Source: Candidatus Dojkabacteria bacterium | GTDB taxonomy: Bacteria; Patescibacteriota; Dojkabacteria; B142; OLB20 | Length of the DNA stretch: 64,000 bases | NCBI GenBank assembly: GCA_035444565.1 | Contig: DAOMOX010000001.1 | Location: 258,335-322,334, forward strand | Direction of reading: 5' to 3' | Part shown: positions 38,019 to 46,815 of the stretch, piece by piece | How the letters are laid out: each line of letters opens with the position of its first letter | Position numbering within the stretch: the stretch's first letter is position 1 | Position numbers and translations under genes: made by a program | The notes under the pieces: model-generated | What the model was told of the DNA's origin: nothing | What the model saw: only the letters and a program-made list of their open reading frames with translations | Databases searched by the model: none

Positions 38019-38161
38019 AGCTTTGTCTTAAATTCTAAAGTAAGTGTATAATCGAACATTATTAGTATATCTTTCAAAAATCATACTAGCAAATATTCTG
38101 AATAAATAGCTCTGATTTACCCTACTAAAATGTTAAAATTCAACCATATAGTAAATAGTTT

Positions 38162-39076
38162 ATGGCAAAGATAATACAAATTAATCCTGACAATATTGAC
38201 TCTTATCTTGATTCCTCAGAAAAATATCTCGCAAAATTTTTCGATAAACCTGAAGCTGAAAACGACGAAAAAATTCAGAAAGAGCTAAAAAAACGACATC
38301 TATCATGGCCTATTAAATATCACCTCTCTCCTCAGAGACATATGCTATTAAATTGGTACCCTTTCAGAACCGATTCCTCACTACTCGAAATAGGAGCTGG
38401 TTGTGGGGCTATTACCGGTGTTTTTGTTAACAAACTTAAGCAAATCGACAGCAATGAATTATCTCCTTCAAGGGCTCAGGTCATATATAACAGATTTAGG
38501 AACGTCCCCAACTTAAACATTTTGACAGGGGATATTAATGACCTTAAGACAAAAATACAATACGATTATGTGACTCTAATTGGCGTTCTTGAGTACTCCG
38601 GGAAGTATTCAAAGTCAAAAGAACCCTATCTTGATATTCTAAGGACTTCTAAGAAATTATTAAAGAAAGACGGTCATTTGTTAATTGCGATAGAAAACAA
38701 ACTAGGTTTGAAATATATAGGTGGTGCACCTGAAGACCATACGGGAAAACTTTTTGACTCATTAGAAAACTATCCTCAAAGTGAAGGCGTTAGAACATTC
38801 TCCAAATCTGAATTAACAAAACTAATTATAAGCGCTGGTTTTGAGAAAACGGATTTCTATTACCCATTCCCAGATTACAAAATGCCTCAAATCGTTTTTT
38901 CAGAAGAGGGATTATTAAATATAAAAAACATGACAAACAGCTCTGTTCTCAGAACTGTAGACGATAGTCAAGATTTTATAAAACTATTTAACGAGACATC
39001 TCTTGGACAGACCCTCTCGGACGAGATGTTAATTGATAAATTTGCTAATTCATTTTTAGTTGATGCGCATGTATAA
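38162..39076 (+). CDS. SAM-dependent methyltransferase (WbdD methyltransferase-domain-like)
   Basis: 304 aa. 'LLEIGAGCGAITGVF' motif I, 'YDYVTLIGVLEY' motif, acidic residue after the beta-2 strand. Confidence 0.65.
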   Translation: MAKIIQINPDNIDSYLDSSEKYLAKFFDKPEAENDEKIQKELKKRHLSWPIKYHLSPQRHMLLNWYPFRTDSSLLEIGAGCGAITGVFVNKLKQIDSNELSPSRAQVIYNRFRNVPNLNILTGDINDLKTKIQYDYVTLIGVLEYSGKYSKSKEPYLDILRTSKKLLKKDGHLLIAIENKLGLKYIGGAPEDHTGKLFDSLENYPQSEGVRTFSKSELTKLIISAGFEKTDFYYPFPDYKMPQIVFSEEGLLNIKNMTNSSVLRTVDDSQDFIKLFNETSLGQTLSDEMLIDKFANSFLVDAHV

Positions 39077-40199
39077 AACTCATTTTGCTCAGGCACAGTA
39101 CAACAGAGAAAGAAAATATACAGTTCTCACCAAATTAATAAGCAACGACTCTGAGAAATATATCACTAAAGAAGCGGTTTTCCCCGAAGGCACCAACCAT
39201 ATTGAGTCAATTTTTACAAACTACCAACTTCTTTCAAAATCATCCCACAAGTTTCTACTTCCAAAAACTGAAATAAAAAATCAGGTTTTATGGACGGAGT
39301 TTATTGACGGAACAAATATTGAATCAAAGATAGAAAGCCTTCTATTTAAGGGGGATATTGTAGAGGCAAATAAATTAGTTTCTGAAGTGATTGAATTCAT
39401 ACAGACTTTTCAGGTAGTTCAAGACAATCCTTATAACTACCCTGATTTTGTATCGCAATTTGATCCGAAGAAAGTTTATAAAGAAAAAGACAACATATCC
39501 TGTTTAAAGCCGGGTTTTTATGACATTAACTTTGACAACATAATAAGGAAAGATAATAAATATTACTTCGTAGATTTTGAATGGTGTTTTGAATATCCGC
39601 TGCCTAAAGAGTATCTGCTACTTAGAACCATTTTCTATCTCTCTTTAAAACTTAAACGGAGAATTCACTCAATTACATCTCCAAAATTTAAATGTTATAA
39701 CTTCTTTCATGATATTTATGTGCCAGTTGAGTGGTTAAAGAATACTCCTCACTCTGCCCAAATGTTTCAAAAAATGCTGGATTATGAATACAATCTACTC
39801 TCTAAGATATTTATTAGTTACCCCAAGCTAGAAAAAATAAAGAAAAGCTATAAAAAATTTGTAAAAGACACACCTTATAACTCTCCTGTAGAATCAATAC
39901 TTTCGTTGACAAATACTATCGAGAATGACAAAAAAGAAATCGCACAATTACAATCCTCTATTGATTCCAATAATATTACAATAAACACTCTTCAAAGATC
40001 AGTAAAGTCGAAGGACGATGTTATAAAAAATCACTACAAGCATATTGAAGAATTGAGAGAAATTAATCGTAAATATCAAACTAGGAGTTACAAGACATTA
40101 GAAAAACTTGAAAAAACGAAAATTGCTCAATTCAGACCACTTCGTATTATGGTTAGAAAAGCTCTATCACTAATAATTCGGTTAATTAGAGTTGCTTAA
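39060..40199 (+). CDS. Kinase-like (protein-kinase/APH fold) protein with C-terminal coiled-coil and terminal amphipathic helix; candidate WbdD-like chain-length regulator/terminator
   Basis: 379 aa. 'YYFVDFEWCFEYP' resembles the APH/kinase 'DFE' catalytic-loop region. Residues ~290-360 are heptad-like and charged ('IAQLQSSIDS..IEELREINRKYQ..LEKLEKTK'). The last 22 aa 'FRPLRIMVRKALSLIIRLIRVA' form an amphipathic basic helix. Overlaps the upstream methyltransferase by 17 bp. Confidence 0.35.
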   Translation: MMRMYKTHFAQAQYNRERKYTVLTKLISNDSEKYITKEAVFPEGTNHIESIFTNYQLLSKSSHKFLLPKTEIKNQVLWTEFIDGTNIESKIESLLFKGDIVEANKLVSEVIEFIQTFQVVQDNPYNYPDFVSQFDPKKVYKEKDNISCLKPGFYDINFDNIIRKDNKYYFVDFEWCFEYPLPKEYLLLRTIFYLSLKLKRRIHSITSPKFKCYNFFHDIYVPVEWLKNTPHSAQMFQKMLDYEYNLLSKIFISYPKLEKIKKSYKKFVKDTPYNSPVESILSLTNTIENDKKEIAQLQSSIDSNNITINTLQRSVKSKDDVIKNHYKHIEELREINRKYQTRSYKTLEKLEKTKIAQFRPLRIMVRKALSLIIRLIRVA

Positions 40200-40233
40200 T
40201 TCAGTAGGGTTTGAAAAGGAAACTGATAAAGAC

Positions 40234-40983
40234 TTACTCCTGTGATACCAATCCCATCTGATTCTCGAAGATTTTAATCCCTTCCCCTGTTGGTCCATTA
40301 TAGACCACCTCTCCATTTTTCAGAAGAATCACTCGGTTACAATATTGTTTAACGTCTTTGATGTTATGACTAACCAGAATCCCTGTGGCTCCGTTTGAGA
40401 GTAAACTAAGCATTTTCTCTAAGCTTTTTTTCTGGAAACCTGCGTCTCCCACTGACAACACTTCGTCGAGTAGATAAATATCTGCTCTAGCCTCTACTGC
40501 GATTGCAAATGCAAGCCTTATAACCATACCGCTCGAGTAATTCTTCACCTGTAGATCGATAAAATCTCTAATTTCTGCAAAGTCCACAATTTCGTCAAAC
40601 TTAGATTCGACATATTTCCTGGTCATGCCCAAAATTATGCCATTAAGATAGATATTTTCTCTTCCGGTGAGTTCTGGATTGAATCCTACCCCTAATTCCA
40701 AAAACGGTACCAATGTCCCATTTACGTGGACCTTCCCTTTTGTAGGTTCAAAAATTCCTGCTAATATTTTCAATAATGTGCTTTTCCCACTACCATTACG
40801 GCCTATTACCCCAACAAAGTCTCCTTGGTTAATTTTGAAATCGACACTTTTCAGGGCATAGAACCTCTCTTTTCCTATTCTTTTGAATGGATGCAGAAAA
40901 TAACTTTTGAGCGTATTCCTACTCTCATGAGGAATCTCAAATACTTTACTTACATTTTCTACTTCAATTATTGGTTTATCCAT
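40234..40983 (-). CDS. ABC transporter ATP-binding protein (polysaccharide/teichoic-acid exporter Wzt/TagH type, short form without C-terminal CBM)
   Basis: 249 aa. Walker A 'GRNGSGKST', signature 'YSSGM', Walker B 'IYLLDE', H-loop. Confidence 0.85.
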   Translation of the reverse strand: MDKPIIEVENVSKVFEIPHESRNTLKSYFLHPFKRIGKERFYALKSVDFKINQGDFVGVIGRNGSGKSTLLKILAGIFEPTKGKVHVNGTLVPFLELGVGFNPELTGRENIYLNGIILGMTRKYVESKFDEIVDFAEIRDFIDLQVKNYSSGMVIRLAFAIAVEARADIYLLDEVLSVGDAGFQKKSLEKMLSLLSNGATGILVSHNIKDVKQYCNRVILLKNGEVVYNGPTGEGIKIFENQMGLVSQE

Positions 40984-40986
40984 TTT

Positions 40987-41763
40987 TTATATAAATTCAG
41001 CTATTCTTTTAATATTCTTTCTGAAATAAAGACTCCCTAGGAAATACAAGATAAAAGTTACAACAGCCATGGTCAACATTGCTTTAACGTGGATAATATC
41101 ACCTTCGAGTAATGCCCTTCTGGAAGCATGAATTATCAATGCAAGCGGATTTAGTCGAATAAGTTGTCCAAATGCTCCACTCATATCATCAATGCTATAG
41201 AAAACTGCAGATCCCCAGAAAACCAATTGCATTACCAATTCCATAATATGATGTAAATCACGAATCTTCACTAATAAGATTGAACTGAAAAGTGAAATCG
41301 AATAAAGTGCAAAAATCGTCATACTCAAAATGAATATGAAATACAAAAGTCCTTCTAATGTTGGAGCGAAACTACCTAGTATCGCCAGTACCAATAGTAT
41401 GACCGTATTAAATGCAAAATTCACAACTGCCATAAACACAGCGCTTGTGATTGCTACTTGCCGAGGGAAATTAACTTTCAAAATAACCCCTGCTAGATCA
41501 GTGAGCGCATGCATGCCGAAGATAATCCCCTCATTCACCAAAGTGTAGATAATTATTCCAAGAAGAAGATTTGCTCCGTATTCTGCAGATGCTTGTCCTC
41601 CTCGAAATGCAGTAAAGACAACAAAAAGCATCAAGAAATACAAAAAAGGCTTCATCAATACCCAGAAAAACCCAAGAATAGAGTTATTGTATCTGAGCTT
41701 AAAATTCGTTCGAATCAGCTCTATCAGAAGGTCTCTATGATTTGCTTTTGTATGTAATATCAT
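40987..41763 (-). CDS. ABC-2 type transporter permease (Wzm/TagG-like)
   Basis: 258 aa, 6 hydrophobic helices. Immediately upstream of the ATPase on the same strand, 3-bp gap. Confidence 0.7.
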   Translation of the reverse strand: MILHTKANHRDLLIELIRTNFKLRYNNSILGFFWVLMKPFLYFLMLFVVFTAFRGGQASAEYGANLLLGIIIYTLVNEGIIFGMHALTDLAGVILKVNFPRQVAITSAVFMAVVNFAFNTVILLVLAILGSFAPTLEGLLYFIFILSMTIFALYSISLFSSILLVKIRDLHHIMELVMQLVFWGSAVFYSIDDMSGAFGQLIRLNPLALIIHASRRALLEGDIIHVKAMLTMAVVTFILYFLGSLYFRKNIKRIAEFI

Positions 41764-42464
41764 TAAATTATTTTTTTAAGTGTACGATTAAAATCTCCTC
41801 GATAGATGACCAATCCCCAGTTTTGAATATCTTTTTTCAGAACGGTTTCTAGCATAGCCTCATCATCGAGAGATTGTCTAGTAATATTCGACAACATTTC
41901 TTCTCCTACCTCACCTATTTTACTAATAATTCGATCAGTTTTACAGGCTAACCAAAATTCGTCAGTAATTAATCCCGTCAATAAAGTGTTTATTTTCAAT
42001 AAACTGTTTATATCAGTTGGAGAGAAGAAAGTATACACCTTGGAGCCAGTATTATTTAGGTGCGTAGGGTGAGTATGCATATTAAAAAGGAATCCCGAAT
42101 CGATTTGCTTCGGCAATTGATCAGGTGCAAAATAGTCTTTTTGTATAATTCGACTGTCGAGGATTATCTGTCTTTCGTATCTGTAATTTCTGTTATCTGG
42201 GACATATTTCACTTGGAGGCTATGGTGGGCGTGAACATTGTCTTTGTTTCCCTTCAATGGCTTCGAGATAATCGTCTCCCTTTCTATATAAAAAAGACTT
42301 GATTCGTATTCATAGCCAGTAGAATCTGTGAATCTGTGTAATTTCACAATATCCTCCCACAATCTTCGATCTAGAACTATTTCCTCAGGCCATGCAGTCC
42401 GAGGAGGGTACTTTCCGTATTTATTCCATTTTTTTACAAATTCTACGAATTCTGTGAAGTACAT
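41763..42464 (-). CDS. Hypothetical protein (possible metal-binding HxH motif)
   Basis: 233 aa. 'FNMHTHPTH...FFSPTD' is loosely JAMM/MPN-like, but the spacing is atypical. No confident assignment. Confidence 0.3.
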   Translation of the reverse strand: MYFTEFVEFVKKWNKYGKYPPRTAWPEEIVLDRRLWEDIVKLHRFTDSTGYEYESSLFYIERETIISKPLKGNKDNVHAHHSLQVKYVPDNRNYRYERQIILDSRIIQKDYFAPDQLPKQIDSGFLFNMHTHPTHLNNTGSKVYTFFSPTDINSLLKINTLLTGLITDEFWLACKTDRIISKIGEVGEEMLSNITRQSLDDEAMLETVLKKDIQNWGLVIYRGDFNRTLKKII

Positions 42465-42635
42465 ACAAAACGGTTAATAACGAATTCTTAATATATCATT
42501 TTTCTCTTCTTGGTTTCCTGCCTTCGCAGGAAAGACAATGGGCGATGTATTCTGTTTCCAGAATCCTGAATTCAGAATTCTAAATGCTTTTATTGATTTG
42601 AAATTATAGCTTGTTTTTATGGAAATGAATAACCC

Positions 42636-43235
42636 TTATGTTTCTAAGGCGAATGCTTCCAGCTCCTTTTTGATTTGGTCTTTTGATATAGGGTCAGAAA
42701 TAAAATCGACTTCTTCTGTAAAGTCTATGTCTTCGAAGAATAGTAATTGTTCGCGAAATAATTTGTCGTTGAACATTCCTTGAAAAACTTCTTCCGCTCT
42801 TTCAATTATTCTCTTTATTCCGAATTTATGGATTAAAAAATATAAATCTACATAATCTTTCCACTTTGGTCTTCTTCCGATAGTAAACGCCTTGGTCGAT
42901 GCCAATGTGAGTAAATCCGGCATTAATATATTTTTGTAGTTTACCGAGGGATTTAATAGGTATGGATAATTAAGGAAAGTAATTTTAACTTGATCCACGA
43001 TTGCAGTATATTGATCAATATTGGAGATTATTGTGTTTTGAATGTCGCAGTTTACCAATATCCTTTTAATTTCAGCAAGGCTCACTTCTTTGTTAGCAAA
43101 AAAATCAAAATCAATAGACTTTCTATGACTTAGTTGAAGTGCTATTGCAGTTCCACCAGCAAGATAATACTCATTAAGATTCTCCAGTTTTGAGAGTAAA
43201 TTCTCTTGGTCAGAATTTAATATCTTATTATCCAT
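42636..43235 (-). CDS. Nucleotidyltransferase, AbiEii/AbiGii-toxin-like (DUF1814-type)
   Basis: 199 aa. 'YYLAGGTAIALQLSHRKSIDFDFF' matches the GGTAL...R.S.DiDf nucleotidyltransferase core of AbiEii family proteins. Confidence 0.5.
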   Translation of the reverse strand: MDNKILNSDQENLLSKLENLNEYYLAGGTAIALQLSHRKSIDFDFFANKEVSLAEIKRILVNCDIQNTIISNIDQYTAIVDQVKITFLNYPYLLNPSVNYKNILMPDLLTLASTKAFTIGRRPKWKDYVDLYFLIHKFGIKRIIERAEEVFQGMFNDKLFREQLLFFEDIDFTEEVDFISDPISKDQIKKELEAFALET

Positions 43236-43494
43236 ACTTTGAAAAATATTTTGAGAAGTAATTCATTGTCCTCTGTGATATTAGGGGTCTTTTTGAACTT
43301 GATATCTCTCTGAAGATCTTACCGGCATTTGAAATACCGAGCAATTCAATAAATTGCAGGACCTGACTCATATTCTTTGAATAATTCAAGAACCTCTCCA
43401 TAATAGCTTTATCAGAAAGTTGGCTGATTTTGGAATGAGGAATATCCCAAAAGAGATATTTATTATTTTCAAGTAAATTTTGTTTATCAATCAT
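43228..43494 (-). CDS. Small hypothetical protein, candidate cognate partner (antitoxin-like) of the downstream nucleotidyltransferase
   Basis: 88 aa. Its stop overlaps the start of the 42636-43235 gene by 8 bp (operonic). No motif recognised. Confidence 0.3.
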   Translation of the reverse strand: MIDKQNLLENNKYLFWDIPHSKISQLSDKAIMERFLNYSKNMSQVLQFIELLGISNAGKIFREISSSKRPLISQRTMNYFSKYFSKYG

Positions 43495-43596
43495 AACTAA
43501 TTATCTCAAATATTCACTTATTTATCCAGCTTATTATCCCTCTTAATCACACATCTACCAAGCATTTTGATAATTCTCGGTTTAAACCAGAGGCGC

Positions 43597-44547
43597 TTAG
43601 GAAACTAATTTCGCTCCACTTAGATACAAATAGTCATTACATCCTGCTCGCTTTTTACCCTCGAGTTGCAGATCAAGAAGTTCGATACTTCCATCATTGA
43701 GATTTAATACGAGTTTTTTCCCATCTCTATATATTTTTCCTATCTCAGCGTTGGTTGAATTGTCAGAGATTGTTGCTTTGAAAATCTTCAACCTCAGTAC
43801 TTTCCCATTCATATCGATTTCACACCAAGCAACTGGCCACGGATAAAATGCTCTCACCATTCTGATAGCTTTTTCAGAATCAGTTTCAGAAGTAATCTTT
43901 GCTTTTTCTTTTTCAATCAAAGTTTTGTCTGCGATTGTAGCTTTCTTTTCGTTTTGCTCTAAGGGAACTAATTTTCCATCTACCCATTGTGGCAGCGTTC
44001 TCTCTAATAATTCGGCTCCTGCTTTTGCTAATTTGGACTTTAAAGTCTCTGTTGTATCGGTATCTTCAATTTCCACATCCGTCATTGCCAATACTGGGCC
44101 ATCATCGAGTCCAGTCGTCATGATGGGTATACTTACCCCTGTTTTTTTATATCCTTTTAATATCGCAATCGGAATAGGCACCGCACCTCTGAGATCGGGC
44201 AAGATAGACCCATGTACATTTAAACATTTATACTTTGGATAATTAATTGTGTATTCAGGTAATATCTGTCCATAATCCGCGACAATTATTAACTCTGGCT
44301 TTTCTTTCTCCAAAATCTCCTCCTGCTCTAGACGATACTTTAATGGAGTGTATACCTTTAAATCGGGATAGTTATTATTAATAAATTCTTTAACAGGGAC
44401 TGGTTTTAAATCCTGGTTTCTACCTGCAGGTTTGTCCATTTGCGTGACCACCGCAACTACATCCACCCCAGCCATATGCAACAGACCCTCCAAAATTGGA
44501 ACAGCAAATTCACCAGAACCGAAAAATATTGTTCTTATTTTGTTCAT
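43597..44547 (-). CDS. fmt: Methionyl-tRNA formyltransferase
   Basis: 316 aa. 'IRTIFFGSGEFAVPIL', 'HGSILPDLRGAVPI' (formyltransferase HxSLLPxxRG motif), C-terminal Fmt beta-barrel domain. Confidence 0.85.
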   Translation of the reverse strand: MNKIRTIFFGSGEFAVPILEGLLHMAGVDVVAVVTQMDKPAGRNQDLKPVPVKEFINNNYPDLKVYTPLKYRLEQEEILEKEKPELIIVADYGQILPEYTINYPKYKCLNVHGSILPDLRGAVPIPIAILKGYKKTGVSIPIMTTGLDDGPVLAMTDVEIEDTDTTETLKSKLAKAGAELLERTLPQWVDGKLVPLEQNEKKATIADKTLIEKEKAKITSETDSEKAIRMVRAFYPWPVAWCEIDMNGKVLRLKIFKATISDNSTNAEIGKIYRDGKKLVLNLNDGSIELLDLQLEGKKRAGCNDYLYLSGAKLVS

Positions 44548-44548
44548 A

Positions 44549-44977
44549 TTATGTTGATAAATCTTTTATTCCTGCTGAGAGATCTGAAAATGCGACTCGC
44601 AACTGTTTGGTATCTGCTCGGAAATGTATATCATGAGCCAAAGAATTTCTCACTTTATGCCCATCCCACGCCCTCTCTAGATTCTCAGTATGTGTAAAAA
44701 TATTATGTGCCTTGCTCAGCTTCTCTCCTAATGAATCACCTTGCACCAGATTTTTATCTAATGCGTAGTCGAGTAACTTATCAGCTTCAATTATCGCGTT
44801 TTTAATAAATATCGGATCATCATTACTACTCAGAATCGTAAGTTCGTGTAATTTAGACAAAACTTCTTTGTTCCAAGATTTTCTTTTGGGACTCCTGGTC
44901 ATGAAAAAGCCTAGTATCATCAAAAACAACACCAGTAGAACTACTGCTAGAGAAATTGCAATCTCGAGAGTTTCCAT
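44549..44977 (-). CDS. Hypothetical membrane-anchored protein
   Basis: 142 aa. N-terminal TM helix 'IAISLAVVLLVLFLMILGFF'. Sits between lgt and fmt in the same orientation. Confidence 0.35.
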   Translation of the reverse strand: METLEIAISLAVVLLVLFLMILGFFMTRSPKRKSWNKEVLSKLHELTILSSNDDPIFIKNAIIEADKLLDYALDKNLVQGDSLGEKLSKAHNIFTHTENLERAWDGHKVRNSLAHDIHFRADTKQLRVAFSDLSAGIKDLST

Positions 44978-44979
44978 TT

Positions 44980-45813
44980 TTATCGTTTTATTTGCCTAAG
45001 TTTAGCAAAATACACGCCTGCAAGCAAAATTAGTATTAATGAAGTCAGCTGAGCAACTGTTAAATAGAATAAAACCCTGTCTTCTAGCCTTGAGAAGTCG
45101 ACTAAAAACCTTACAGTTGCATATCCAGCAAGGTAAATAATTATTAAATCTTTGGATAAGCCAAACTTCTTATACCAGAAATATATAAAAATAAAGACAA
45201 TGAGATTTCCGATTTGTTCATATGCAAAAGTGGGATAGAAACTTTTACCAAATTCTTCAATATAAAACCCCCAAGGTAAATTCGTTTCTCTTCCGTAGAG
45301 TTCTTTGTTAGAGAAGTTCCCAAACCGTCCAATCACTTGCCCTAGTGGTAAATATACTGCGAGTAGCGAAAGAGCTTTCAGAAAGTTTGTTTTAATACTT
45401 TTTCGGTAGTAATACGCTCCAACAAAACCACCTATTATTCCACCAAAAATCCCAAGACCGCCATTCCACAAGTGGAGAATTTCTATTGGATTTTCAGTGT
45501 AAAGTTGATAGTCCGTCACAACATGCCACAATCTCGCACCAACTAAAGCTCCAATCAAAATCCACATCAATGCAGTTGTGGTATCAATACTTCTGAGTTC
45601 TTTGTATTTGGATTTTTCTTTATCGAAGAGATAAGACACGATTGATATCCCTCCCAAGATAAAAAGGCTATAAAATTGAACCTCTATGAAATAGAGATTT
45701 AAACCTTTAGGGAAGTCAAAATAACCCCTGAGGAAAATCCAATATATTGGAACAATCAACAAAACAAGAATCGTGAACAGAATTACGTTTCGTTTATCAA
45801 TAGTACTGTTCAT
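44980..45813 (-). CDS. lgt: Prolipoprotein diacylglyceryl transferase
   Basis: 277 aa, 7 TM. 'WILIGALVGARLWHVVTDY' matches the Lgt signature (G-x-R-x-G). 'LYFIEVQFYSL' N-terminal region. Confidence 0.8.
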   Translation of the reverse strand: MNSTIDKRNVILFTILVLLIVPIYWIFLRGYFDFPKGLNLYFIEVQFYSLFILGGISIVSYLFDKEKSKYKELRSIDTTTALMWILIGALVGARLWHVVTDYQLYTENPIEILHLWNGGLGIFGGIIGGFVGAYYYRKSIKTNFLKALSLLAVYLPLGQVIGRFGNFSNKELYGRETNLPWGFYIEEFGKSFYPTFAYEQIGNLIVFIFIYFWYKKFGLSKDLIIIYLAGYATVRFLVDFSRLEDRVLFYLTVAQLTSLILILLAGVYFAKLRQIKR

Positions 45814-46498
45814 AGTAGATATTTTCTTTCACTACTCCAGCATTTGTGAGATTTAATACTACATCATCAATCATTTTTCTAGATCCACATACATATCCTG
45901 CAAAGTTTTTCTCAGTCTCAACCGCTTTCAAGTAATGCTCTGTGATTCTCCCTCGATAGCCCTGCCAGTCACCTTCGGGTTGTGAGAGTGAAAGGATAAA
46001 CTCAAAGTTCGAGAAATTTGAAGCTAGTCTTTCAAAATGATCTTTATAGAACACATTTCTCTCATGACGAAACCCTAGGAATAGCTTTATTTGTCTTGTA
46101 GTATTAAGTGTTTCAAGTGCATATGTGACCATCGAAATAAATGGGACCGCACCAGTCCCAGTGGCGAAAATATATGCTGGTTTGTCTTCTTCTTTATACA
46201 CGAAATTCCCGAGTGGACCTAGAAATTCTACTTCATCACCCACTTTTGCGTTTGCAAAGAACTGTGAACCGGGTCCACCTATTACAGAATCAGCAATCAA
46301 ATCAATCCCTGTATTGTATGAAGGTGGAGAAGCTACTGAATAACTTCGTCTAACTCCAGGAGCTACAAGCAAATTGACAAATTGTCCCGCTTGAAACTCG
46401 ATTGTCTCCCCTTCATTTAGGGGAATATTGAGTTTATGGACCGACTCCGCAATTTCCTCTGCGTAAGCTATTTTTGATTTGAAAATTTTTACTGGCAT
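45797..46498 (-). CDS. FAD/NAD(P)-binding oxidoreductase (ferredoxin-NADP reductase-like / PyrK-like without Fe-S cysteines)
   Basis: 233 aa. 'RRSYSVASPP' (RxYS FAD motif), 'GPLGNF', 'ATGTGAVPF' NAD(P)-binding glycine-rich motif. No C-terminal Cys cluster. Confidence 0.6.
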   Translation of the reverse strand: MPVKIFKSKIAYAEEIAESVHKLNIPLNEGETIEFQAGQFVNLLVAPGVRRSYSVASPPSYNTGIDLIADSVIGGPGSQFFANAKVGDEVEFLGPLGNFVYKEEDKPAYIFATGTGAVPFISMVTYALETLNTTRQIKLFLGFRHERNVFYKDHFERLASNFSNFEFILSLSQPEGDWQGYRGRITEHYLKAVETEKNFAGYVCGSRKMIDDVVLNLTNAGVVKENIYYEQYY

Positions 46499-46503
46499 TT
46501 TGA

Positions 46504-46755
46504 TTAGTTATCAATTACGTTATCACCTGCTGGTACACTCTCTTCGTCATAGCTTAATTCACTTCCTTGACCCTCCATACTATCATCGTCTAAATCCCCA
46601 ATTTTCATATCTCCAGAAGTAACAGGAATTTCCTCTTTTACTTCAAGATCATCAGGATCCATGTTGTTGTCCGCTATCGCAGCTGCCTGAACATCACTCG
46701 AATAGAATGAATCGTCGCTTGTTTTATCATCGTCATCATTTTGATTAGTCATCAA
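46504..46755 (-). CDS. Hypothetical highly acidic low-complexity protein
   Basis: 83 aa, very D/E/S-rich. Coding status uncertain. Confidence 0.3.
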   Translation of the reverse strand: MMTNQNDDDDKTSDDSFYSSDVQAAAIADNNMDPDDLEVKEEIPVTSGDMKIGDLDDDSMEGQGSELSYDEESVPAGDNVIDN

Positions 46756-46815
46756 ATTATTTCTAAGAACTAATATTCTTCATATTATCATATAATAAAT
46801 GTCCGCAGAAATTCT

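Noticed and set aside
42465-42635. Possible terminator or regulatory palindromes (cctgccttcgcagg; ctgaattcag) in the 170-bp gap upstream of gene 41763-42464
   Set aside because: The stems are short (5 bp) and not followed by U-runs on either strand. This is insufficient to call a terminator or operator.
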